From: an uncultured Gemmatimonadales bacterium
Lineage (GTDB): Bacteria; Gemmatimonadota; Gemmatimonadetes; Gemmatimonadales; GWC2-71-9
Length of the DNA: 64,000 nucleotides
Reading direction: 5' to 3'
NCBI GenBank assembly: GCA_963730185.1
Contig: CAVSQW010000014.1
Span: forward strand, 32,001-96,000
The translations under genes and the position numbers were made by a program. The number at the start of each line of letters is the position of its first letter. Within the stretch, counting starts at the first letter, position 1. The notes under the pieces are model-generated. The model ran no database searches and was not told the DNA's origin. It was given only the letters and a program-made list of their open reading frames with translations. Below, in pieces: positions 9,577 through 17,826 of the stretch.

Positions 9577-10788
9577 TCAGAGCATCATCGCGGCCAGGAA
9601 CCCCGGCCGGAGGACATGGCTGGCGGGGACGAAGTCGCCCGTCACCCCGATCAGGGTATGGGCCAGACCGCGCCGCTCCAACCGGCCGACCGCCCGGTCG
9701 AAGAGCGCCGGCGCGAGCATGCCGTAGCCGATCATCCGTTCCACCGTCCACTTGCCCAGGAAGGCCCGGCGCCGGGCGGCGGGGTAGCCGTCGAGGCGGA
9801 GCGGACCCCCGCGGCCGGCTCGGAGGGCCTCGTCCGCCAGATCGGACGCCAGGGCGGCACCCCGGAGCGCGGCGCAGATGCCCTCCCCGGTGAAGGGGTC
9901 GAAGAAGTCGGCGGCGTCGCCCACCAAGACCGCGCCGGGGATGATAACCCGTGCCGACCGGGCCGCGAACGGTCCGGTCACCAGCACCCGCCGTACCACC
10001 CGGTCCGGGTCAATCCGGTCGCGGAGCGCAGGGAAGCTCCGGAGGGTCCGGTGGAAGAAACCCGTGGGGTCGCCGCCGGCCGTTCGGGCCAGGTGGGCCG
10101 GTACGATCGCGGCGACGTTGACCAGACCACCCCCGACGGCGTTGAGGCCCACGTATCCGGCGTCGCCCACGTGCATCTCGGCGCTGCTGGTCATGCCCCG
10201 AACGCCGGCCAGATGCGCCACGAAGCCGAACCGGGCCGGGGCGCCGTACCGCCGCCCCCCCACCTCGCGCGCGGCGACCGAGTGGAGTCCGTCCGCTCCC
10301 ACCACCAGCCGGGTCTCGATCCGGTGGGTCCGACCCTCCCGCTCCAGCACCGCGCCCCGAACCGCACCCCGGTCCCGGGTCAGGGTCCGGAGCCGGGTCC
10401 GCTCGACCACCCGAACCCCGGCCGCCCGGGCCGCGTCCACCAGGATCGCGTCGAGCGTGATCCGCCGGAGCGAGAGCCCGGTCGGGCGGAACGGTGTTAC
10501 CCCGGCCCGCGCGAACGTGCCCGTCAGCTCCGAGCCGCGGGGCCCCAGCACGCGGGCTCCGGAGAGCGGCGCGCCCCCCGCCGCCTCGACCGCGGGCAGA
10601 AGCCCCAACTGGTCCAGCTGCCGGAGGGTCTCCGGGCTCATGTACTCCGAGCACGGCTTGTCGCGGGGAAAGGTCGCCCGATCCACGGCCAGCACGTCGT
10701 GGCCTGCCCGCGCCAGACGGATCGCGGTCGCCGCCCCCGCCGGTCCGAGGCCGGCGACGAGCACGCCGGCCCGCGAGGGAAACGTCAT
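9577..10788 (-). CDS. FAD-dependent oxidoreductase, geranylgeranyl reductase family
   Basis: G.GPAG Rossmann motif, FPRDKPC.E, VGADG, LVGDAA.F.DPFTGEGI. Confidence 0.88.
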   Translation of the reverse strand: MTFPSRAGVLVAGLGPAGAATAIRLARAGHDVLAVDRATFPRDKPCSEYMSPETLRQLDQLGLLPAVEAAGGAPLSGARVLGPRGSELTGTFARAGVTPFRPTGLSLRRITLDAILVDAARAAGVRVVERTRLRTLTRDRGAVRGAVLEREGRTHRIETRLVVGADGLHSVAAREVGGRRYGAPARFGFVAHLAGVRGMTSSAEMHVGDAGYVGLNAVGGGLVNVAAIVPAHLARTAGGDPTGFFHRTLRSFPALRDRIDPDRVVRRVLVTGPFAARSARVIIPGAVLVGDAADFFDPFTGEGICAALRGAALASDLADEALRAGRGGPLRLDGYPAARRRAFLGKWTVERMIGYGMLAPALFDRAVGRLERRGLAHTLIGVTGDFVPASHVLRPGFLAAMML

Positions 10789-11195
10789 CCGAGCCGGGTG
10801 TAGTCGACACCCTCGAGCGTGAGGGTCGTGTTGCCCGTGTCGGGGAAGCTGTACGGCAGCGACGCCGTGTCCCCGGTATCGGTGTAGGTCACCTCGATCG
10901 AGGACTGCCCGACCGTGTAGGTACAATCGCGGGCGACCGTCTGCGGCACCCCGACCGAGATCGACGTCGTCGTTCGCTGGAAGTGGCAGGTGCCGCCCTG
11001 ATCGAACTGCCAGGTCGTGACCCACTCCTGCACGTCGGTGTCCACGGTCACCACGATGTCGGCCTGCCAGGTGCCGACCACCGGGGTCGGCGCCGAGGAA
11101 TGGCCGGTGGGGTTGTCGCCCGGGGCCGTGAGGTCGATGAAATCGCGGGGCTGCCCGGCACAGGCGCCCAGGAGGAGCGCCGCTACCAAAGCCAC
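10785..11195 (-). CDS. Hypothetical lipoprotein (lipocalin-like beta barrel)
   Basis: Lipobox LGAC, VVGTW motif, beta-rich with a Cys pair; overlaps both neighbours. Confidence 0.6.
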   Translation of the reverse strand: MALVAALLLGACAGQPRDFIDLTAPGDNPTGHSSAPTPVVGTWQADIVVTVDTDVQEWVTTWQFDQGGTCHFQRTTTSISVGVPQTVARDCTYTVGQSSIEVTYTDTGDTASLPYSFPDTGNTTLTLEGVDYTRLG

Positions 11196-11956
11196 CAGAC
11201 CGCGGCGAGCGCGGTCATGAGGCTCGTACTGAGCGCGTTGACGCCGTCGTTGTCCAACCATGTTGCACCTCGCTCGTGTTGGGCGGTCGTCCCGCAGCGA
11301 TGAATGCGTCGCTCGGTCGGCACCGCGCATTGCGGGCACCGGTACCGCCCCTGGACGCTGGCCCCGAGCACCGAATCCAGCAGCATCCCGGCGAAGCCGA
11401 GCGCCACCGTGGTGAGATACAGGGACCGACTTCCGCCACCAACGAGGGTCGCGGCGATGGCGACCAGGGCGGCGCCCATGAGCCCGCCACTCGTCCCGAA
11501 CCAGGAGACGCCGCCGCTGGTTCCCGGCGGCACCACCCGGCCTCTGAGGATATCCCGGGGCGGCCTCGGGCTCAAAGCCCCGAGGCTGGTGGCCCACGTA
11601 TCGGCCGACGCCGTGGCCAGCCCGACCGCGACCAGCTTGAGCCCCAACCCCGGCACCAGGGCCTCCGCCAGCGCGCCGAGGGCCGCGGCACCGCCGTTGG
11701 CGAGCACCTGCCAGTGGTCCCGGGTCTCGTCCTTGGGATCGACCGCCGATGGTCGACTGGCCGCCGCCAGCCGCCCCACGGCCGTGCTGGGCCCGAAGAA
11801 GAAGGCCAGCACCAGACCCCCGGGCCAGCCGGTTTGCCAGAGGATCAATGTCCCCACGGCCGTGGCCGCCACGGCGCCCGAGCGGGTGAGGGCGCGGGTC
11901 GCGATCCCGAGCAGCGCGACGAGGGCGGAGACTCCGAGGGCCAGTCCAATCGACAT
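11183..11956 (-). CDS. DUF92 (TMEM19/VTE6-like) membrane protein
   Basis: R...QVLANGG, ADTWATS.G, GTSGGVS..GT, DS.LGA.VQ..Y.C..C....E...H.CG, WLDND.VN. Confidence 0.9.
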   Translation of the reverse strand: MSIGLALGVSALVALLGIATRALTRSGAVAATAVGTLILWQTGWPGGLVLAFFFGPSTAVGRLAAASRPSAVDPKDETRDHWQVLANGGAAALGALAEALVPGLGLKLVAVGLATASADTWATSLGALSPRPPRDILRGRVVPPGTSGGVSWFGTSGGLMGAALVAIAATLVGGGSRSLYLTTVALGFAGMLLDSVLGASVQGRYRCPQCAVPTERRIHRCGTTAQHERGATWLDNDGVNALSTSLMTALAAVWWLW

Positions 11957-12039
11957 GACTCAATCTTAACGCCCTTTGTCTGCCTGATTTCCGTCCTTAA
12001 CTTGCTCGCCGTGTATCCCCATGTCCGGAGGCGCGTGGC

Positions 12040-12660
12040 TTGACCCCGTCCGCGCACGCCATTGTTCCGCTCGCGCTGCTCGAAGCGATCCGGAACCTCG
12101 ATACGCCCATCGACGACGGTCTCGCCGAGTTGGCGGTCGAGACCGTCTCGCGGCGTCTGGGCATGAGCACCACGGTGGCCGCCCAGATCGCGCGCTATCG
12201 CGAGGCGGCGGCCAAGGACGGGTCGGTGGGGGTGGACGAGGCGGTGCAGGTGTTCCGGCTGGTGGGGAGGCGCGGCGACGCCGCCCTGGTGTACGCCGAC
12301 GCGGGCCGGCGGGCCGCCCGCCTCGCCGCCGGACGAAGAAAGCGCCCCGGCGGGCCGCTCGGCTTCCTGCTCCCGCGCGCGTTCCGACGCCGGCTGGGCG
12401 AGCGCCGGGCCGAGCGGATCGCGACCCGGGTGTTCGGTCTGGCCCTGCACCGCGAGGGATCGGCGGTGGCGCTCCGGCTCGACGAGTCCCTCGCGACCCG
12501 GGCCGGGTACGCCGACCCGGGCTGTCTCTTCTATGGCGCGCTGGTGAGCGAGCTGCTCCGCGTCACCAGCGGATTCGAAGGCGCCATGGCCCACGAGCGC
12601 TGCGTCGCCAAGGGCGACCGGGCCTGCGAGTGGCGCGCCGTCGAGGCCGAGCAGTGGTGA
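12040..12660 (+). CDS. V4R-domain protein (BchJ/XylR-sensor-like C-terminus)
   Basis: C..YG...ELL and HE.C.AKGD..CEW; GGAGG SD before TTG start. Confidence 0.7.
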   Translation: MTPSAHAIVPLALLEAIRNLDTPIDDGLAELAVETVSRRLGMSTTVAAQIARYREAAAKDGSVGVDEAVQVFRLVGRRGDAALVYADAGRRAARLAAGRRKRPGGPLGFLLPRAFRRRLGERRAERIATRVFGLALHREGSAVALRLDESLATRAGYADPGCLFYGALVSELLRVTSGFEGAMAHERCVAKGDRACEWRAVEAEQW

Positions 12661-12676
12661 ACCACACTCAACCAGG

Positions 12677-13855
12677 GTGGCGACGATGAAGAGCCTGGAC
12701 CGGGCCGGCATCCGTACCGGCCTCGAGGCCGCCGGGGCCGACGGCTGGCTGTTGTTCGACTTCAAGGGCACCAACCCCGTGGCCCTCCGGCTCCTGGGGC
12801 TGGCGCCCGGAACCCGGCGAATCTTCGTGTACGTGCCGCGCGAGGGCGAGGCGGTGGCGATCGCCCATAAGATCGAGCTGGGCTCGGTCGAGGGGTTCGA
12901 GGGGAAAGTGCTGCCGTACGCCCGCTGGGAGGAGCTCGACGCCGCCCTCGCCGCGACGGTCCGCGGCAAGACGGTCGCCATGGAGGTCTCGGCCCGCGAC
13001 GCCGTGCCCTACCTCGACCGGATCCCGAGCGGCGTGGTGCAGCTGGTCGAGGCCGCCGGCGCCACCATCGTCTCGAGCGCGGCCCTGGTCACCCGGCTCA
13101 CCGCCGTCTGGCAGCCGAGCGAAGCTCGCGATCACATCGAGGCCGCCGAGATTCTGGCCCGGGTGGCCAAGCGGATCATGGCCGAGGTGATTCAGGAGGC
13201 CGGGCGGGCGACCGAGGCCGGGGTCCAGGCCCGGGTGATCGAGGCGCTGGAGCGGGACGGCCTGGCGGTCAATCGCGACCACCTGCTGCCGATCGTCGGC
13301 TTCGGGCCCAACGCCGCCAACCCCCATTACGAGCCGGTCGCCGGACGGGACCGGACCCTGGCCCCGAACGAGGTGGTCCTGATCGATCTCTTCGCCGGCA
13401 AGTCTCTCGAGACTGTCTTTGCCGACCAGACCTGGATGGGCTTCAGCGGGTCCCAGCCGCCGGATGAGGTCGCCCGGGTCTGGACCATCGTCCGCGATGC
13501 CCGGGACGCCGCCCTGGATGCCGTGTGGGACGCGGCCCGCGCCGGACGTCCCATAAGAGGGTACGAGATCGATCGGGCGGCCCGGGGCGTCATCGAGGCC
13601 GCTGGCTACGGCGACTACTTCGTCCACCGGACCGGCCACTCGATCGACCTCGACCTCCACGGCTCCGGCCCGCATTGCGACGACTACGAGACCCGGGACG
13701 ACCGCGAAGTCATTCCCGGTGTCGGATTTTCGGTCGAGCCTGGGATCTACTTGCCCGGGCGCTTCGGAGTTCGGAGCGAAGTGAACATTTACTGGGCCCC
13801 GGAGGGCCCACGGGTGACGCCGGCCGAGCCACAGCGGGAGCTCATCCTGCTCTGA
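12677..13855 (+). CDS. M24 family Xaa-Pro aminopeptidase
   Basis: NPHY, LIDL, AD.T, HRTGHSI, FSVEPGIY, GVRSE metal-binding motifs. Confidence 0.92.
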   Translation: MATMKSLDRAGIRTGLEAAGADGWLLFDFKGTNPVALRLLGLAPGTRRIFVYVPREGEAVAIAHKIELGSVEGFEGKVLPYARWEELDAALAATVRGKTVAMEVSARDAVPYLDRIPSGVVQLVEAAGATIVSSAALVTRLTAVWQPSEARDHIEAAEILARVAKRIMAEVIQEAGRATEAGVQARVIEALERDGLAVNRDHLLPIVGFGPNAANPHYEPVAGRDRTLAPNEVVLIDLFAGKSLETVFADQTWMGFSGSQPPDEVARVWTIVRDARDAALDAVWDAARAGRPIRGYEIDRAARGVIEAAGYGDYFVHRTGHSIDLDLHGSGPHCDDYETRDDREVIPGVGFSVEPGIYLPGRFGVRSEVNIYWAPEGPRVTPAEPQRELILL

Positions 13856-13903
13856 CGGTCGGGGAACATCCCGGCGTCGGATCCGGTCGTCACGAGGAAA
13901 GGG

Positions 13904-15274
13904 ATGCTGGCGGCACTTCTACTCGCCTCGCTGGTCCAAGGTCCGGATACCGCGCTCGCGCTCCGCGCGGTCCGGTTCTATCGGGCCGATCCGACCCAAT
14001 CCAGTGGCCAGACTCACGTCACCGCGATGCTCCGAATTCCCGAGAACCTCCCGGTCCCGGGTGATCGCGGCCAGGTGAGCCTGACCCTGTCGGTCCGGGT
14101 CAAAGGGCAGGACGGGGGCACGCTCTATGAGCAGTCCTGGCAGAAGCGCACCGCCGTTCCCTATCCCCGGGGCGATGCCGACCGGCTCGACGTTTTTCGG
14201 TTCACCCTCGGCCCCGGGTCCTACCGGCTCGAGGCGAGCGTGCTGGACTCCGTGTCGGGTCGCCACTCCGAGGTGTCGGTGCCGATCACCGGCTACGCCG
14301 CCCAGCCCCAGGCCTCCGACCTGTTGCTCAGTCCCTGGGTCCGGAAGGTGGCCCGGATCGACACCGTCCCCCAGCCGGGGGAGTTCCGCCGGGGCGGGCT
14401 GATCGTGGCCATTGCGCCCGACGTGGTGGTCGGCGGGCCAAGCGCGTCGGTGGCCTACATGTTCGAGACCTACTCCGGCACCCCGCTCGAGGGCTCGCTG
14501 TCGGTCAACGTGGTGGACGAAGCGGGGGAGATCCGGCGCCGGACCGGCCCGACCCCGGTCAAGGTGGCCGCCGGGATTGGCCTCTTCACCGGACAGATCG
14601 ACGTTGGGACCCTCGGCGCCGGCGAGTACCAGCTGGTCGCCAACCTCGACCTCGGCGGGCAGGCCGTGACCCGGACCGCCCGCTTCAACCTCGACCCCGC
14701 GGCCGGCTCGACGCCGGCGGCCCTGAGCGACGACGCCTACTTCGCCCAACTCTCCGGGCGGGCCCTCGACGACGCCTTTGCGCCGCTCGAGGTGATCGCG
14801 CCGGCCGGCGTGCTGGCGGCCTGGCCGGTCGACGGCACCGACGCCGCCAAACGCAGGTTCCTGGTCAATTTCTGGAAGCCCCGCGACCCGACGCCGGAGA
14901 ACGGCAACGGGCGCCGGGCCCAGTTCTACGATGGCGTCCGCTACGCCAACACCTTCTACGGCGATCGGGCCCGGCGCCTGGCCGGATGGCAGTCCGATCG
15001 GGGGCGGATCTTCCTCCGCGAAGGGCTGGCCACCCAGGTGCTCCGCCGCGACAAACGGGGGAACGTGCCGGCCTACGAGGTCTGGCGCTATTTCGATCGG
15101 GCAAACCGCTACTACGTGTTCGTCGACCGGGGCGTGTTGGGCGGGGTCGTGCTGGTTCGGTCCAACGATCCGAAGGAAGAGGGTGAGCGGCGCTGGCAGG
15201 AAATGCTCTCGCCGGAAGGACTCCGGGAAGTGGTGGGGATGCTAGGACGTTCGGTGCTGACGCCGGCTCAGTGA
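13904..15274 (+). CDS. GWxTD domain-containing secreted protein
   Basis: FW..RDPTP, YAN..Y, GWQSDRGRIF, YEVW.Y; signal peptide. Confidence 0.85.
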   Translation: MLAALLLASLVQGPDTALALRAVRFYRADPTQSSGQTHVTAMLRIPENLPVPGDRGQVSLTLSVRVKGQDGGTLYEQSWQKRTAVPYPRGDADRLDVFRFTLGPGSYRLEASVLDSVSGRHSEVSVPITGYAAQPQASDLLLSPWVRKVARIDTVPQPGEFRRGGLIVAIAPDVVVGGPSASVAYMFETYSGTPLEGSLSVNVVDEAGEIRRRTGPTPVKVAAGIGLFTGQIDVGTLGAGEYQLVANLDLGGQAVTRTARFNLDPAAGSTPAALSDDAYFAQLSGRALDDAFAPLEVIAPAGVLAAWPVDGTDAAKRRFLVNFWKPRDPTPENGNGRRAQFYDGVRYANTFYGDRARRLAGWQSDRGRIFLREGLATQVLRRDKRGNVPAYEVWRYFDRANRYYVFVDRGVLGGVVLVRSNDPKEEGERRWQEMLSPEGLREVVGMLGRSVLTPAQ

Positions 15275-16242
15275 CCGAGGTGGCTCACCGGGGCGGCCAG
15301 CGGCGCCCCCTGGTCCGGCGCGCCCTGGTCGGCGGCCGAGAGCTGGATCAGCTGCGGCGCGGGCTCGCGGTGGCCGAACGGGAGGGCGTGGTCGATTCCC
15401 ATCGCGACGAACAACAGGGCCAGATAGAGCAGGGAGTACTTGTACATCTTCCAGGCGGTTGGCGTGACGCCCGGCTCCCGCAGCAGGCGCACCGAATACC
15501 AGAGCAGCCGTCCGCCCAGCGCCGCGGCCGCGAAGCCGTAGAAGAGGCCCTGCTGTCCCGAGATGGTCGGGAGCAGCGTCAGCGGCAGCAGGAGCAGCGA
15601 GTAGGCCACCATCTGGAGCTTGGTGTGCCGCTCGCCCTTGACCACCGGGAGCATAGGCACCCCGGCCTTGGCGTATTCGCCCTGCTTGATCAGCGCCAGC
15701 GCCCAGAAATGGGGCGGCGTCCAATAGAAGACGATGGCGAAGAGATAGACCGCCGCCATATCGATCCGACCGGTCATGGCCGCCCAGCCGACCAGGGGCG
15801 GAAACGCGCCCGCCGCGCCGCCGATCACGATGTTCTGGGGCGTGGACCGCTTGAGCCAAAAAGTGTAGATGAAGACATAGAACAGGAGCCCCGCTAAGGC
15901 CAGCCAGGCGGACAGCGGGTTCACCAGGTTCCAGAACAGCGCGAACGACACGCCTCCGAGGCCGATCCCGAAGCAGAGCGCCGCCGCCGGCGTGACCCGC
16001 CCCGACGGCACCGGACGAGTCTTGGTCCGGCCCATGAACTGGTCGATGTCCCGGTCGAACCACATGTTGATGGCGTTCGCGCCGCCGGCCATGAGATAGC
16101 CAGCCAGCGTCACCCAGAGCAGAAGCCCAAGTGAAGGCAGCCCCCGGTCCGTGATGAACATCGGCGCCAGGGTAGTCAGCAGCAGGAGCGAGATGACGCG
16201 CGGTTTCGTGAGCGCGATCAGATCACGGACAATCTTCGCCAT
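15268..16242 (-). CDS. cyoE: Protoheme IX farnesyltransferase (heme o synthase)
   Basis: LTKPRV, N...DRDID..M.RT..RP.PSG, LKR.T.QNIVIGG.AGA.PP..GW, WTPPHFWAL. Confidence 0.95.
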   Translation of the reverse strand: MAKIVRDLIALTKPRVISLLLLTTLAPMFITDRGLPSLGLLLWVTLAGYLMAGGANAINMWFDRDIDQFMGRTKTRPVPSGRVTPAAALCFGIGLGGVSFALFWNLVNPLSAWLALAGLLFYVFIYTFWLKRSTPQNIVIGGAAGAFPPLVGWAAMTGRIDMAAVYLFAIVFYWTPPHFWALALIKQGEYAKAGVPMLPVVKGERHTKLQMVAYSLLLLPLTLLPTISGQQGLFYGFAAAALGGRLLWYSVRLLREPGVTPTAWKMYKYSLLYLALLFVAMGIDHALPFGHREPAPQLIQLSAADQGAPDQGAPLAAPVSHLGH

Positions 16243-16361
16243 CGGACCCGGTCGAGTGACATGGAGTGGCGGGCACCCGGCCAAGCCTGGTAGTCCCGCC
16301 GAAGAAAGGTCAATATAATGCCCCGTCGGCCATCCGTCCCCCCGAACCAGCGAGACGCCGC

Positions 16362-17726
16362 GTGACCACCCCGGAGCCGGCCGAACGTCTACCCCGATCC
16401 GTTGGGCTTTTCTCCGCCATCACGGTCATCGTCGGGATCACGATCGGCTCCGGCATCTTCCGGGTCCCGGCCCTGGTCGCCACCAAAGTGACCCAGCCCG
16501 GGGCCATGCTCCTGGTCTGGGCGCTGGGCGGGATGCTGGCCCTGTTCGGGGCCTTGACGCTGGCCGAGCTGGCCGCGATGTACCCCCGCTCAGGTGGGGT
16601 GTTCGCCTACCTGGACGAGGCCTTCGGGCCGATGCCGGCGTTCCTCTTCGGCTGGTCTCAGCTGGCGGTGGTCCGCGCCTCGGCCCTGGGCGGGATCGCG
16701 ACCGTGTTCGCCGAGTACCTGGGGTACTTCACCCACTTCTCGCCCCTCCAGATCCGGATCGCGGCGGCCGCGACCATCCTGGTCGTCGCGGCCATCAACT
16801 ATCTCGGGGTCCGACACGCGGCCCGGGTGGTCGGCGTGGCGACCGTGGCCAAATACGCGGGGATGGTCGGGCTGGTGCTGCTGGCCTTCGCGGTGGGCCA
16901 GGGCAGCTGGGCCAACTTCTCCTCGTCGGCAGGGGCGAGCACCATCGCCACCCCGCCGATGCCGGTGACCTTCTCGGCCATCTTCGCCGCCCTGGTGTCG
17001 GTGATGTGGGCCTACGACGGCTGGGCCGACCTCTCTTACATGGGCGGTGAGCTCAAGAACCCGAGCCGGAACTTTCCCCTGGCCCTGATTGGCGGGACGG
17101 TGGCCATCATCGCCATCTACCTCCTGCTCAACGCGGCCTACATCTATCTGGTGCCCGTGGCCGAGATGGCCCAGCCCAGCTCGGCCATCATCGCCACCCG
17201 GGCCGCGGAGCGCATCCCCCTGCTTGGTGGGGCGGGCGGGGCGGTCATCGCCGCCATCGTCATGGTGTCGTGCTTCGGGACCCTCAACGGCTCGATGCTC
17301 ACCAATCCCCGGATCTTTTTCGCCATGGCGGACCGGGGGCTCTTCTTCAAGGGCGTGGCGCGGGTGTCGCCCCGCTACACGACGCCCTCCGTGGCCATCT
17401 GGCTGGCCGCCATCCTCGGCGTCGCGTACGTGATGTTCAATGACTTCCAGCAGCTGGCCGACCGGTTCGTGCTCGGGATCTGGCCCTTCTACATCCTGGC
17501 GATCCTCGGGGTCTTCGTGCTCCGGAAGCGGGCCCCGAACGCGGAACGGCCGTACCGGACCATCGGCTACCCCGTGGTCCCAATCGTCTTCTTCCTGGCC
17601 GCCACCGCCATGGTCGTCAATGCCCTGATTACCGACCCGGTGAACACCGGCATCACCTTCCTGATCATCGGGGTCGGCATCCCCGTGTACTACGCTGCTT
17701 TTCGGGGCCCCCGGGCGCCCGCCTGA
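16362..17726 (+). CDS. APC-family amino acid permease
   Basis: IGSGIF, ELAAMYP.SGG, WAYDGW, many TM segments; TATAAT at 16314-16319 upstream. Confidence 0.92.
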   Translation: MTTPEPAERLPRSVGLFSAITVIVGITIGSGIFRVPALVATKVTQPGAMLLVWALGGMLALFGALTLAELAAMYPRSGGVFAYLDEAFGPMPAFLFGWSQLAVVRASALGGIATVFAEYLGYFTHFSPLQIRIAAAATILVVAAINYLGVRHAARVVGVATVAKYAGMVGLVLLAFAVGQGSWANFSSSAGASTIATPPMPVTFSAIFAALVSVMWAYDGWADLSYMGGELKNPSRNFPLALIGGTVAIIAIYLLLNAAYIYLVPVAEMAQPSSAIIATRAAERIPLLGGAGGAVIAAIVMVSCFGTLNGSMLTNPRIFFAMADRGLFFKGVARVSPRYTTPSVAIWLAAILGVAYVMFNDFQQLADRFVLGIWPFYILAILGVFVLRKRAPNAERPYRTIGYPVVPIVFFLAATAMVVNALITDPVNTGITFLIIGVGIPVYYAAFRGPRAPA

Positions 17727-17776
17727 TCTCACCGCCCCCCCCGGCCACCGAGGCCCGGGGAAGTCGCCCGAAGGCA

Positions 17777-17805
17777 ACGCGGGGGGCCGGTTGGGCCCCC
17801 CGCGT
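17777..17805. terminator. Hairpin between convergent genes (putative bidirectional terminator)
   Basis: ACGCGGGGGGCC-ggttg-GGCCCCCCGCGT, perfect 12-bp stem. Confidence 0.7.
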
Positions 17806-17826
17806 CGTTGGTCGGAACCGGTCGGA

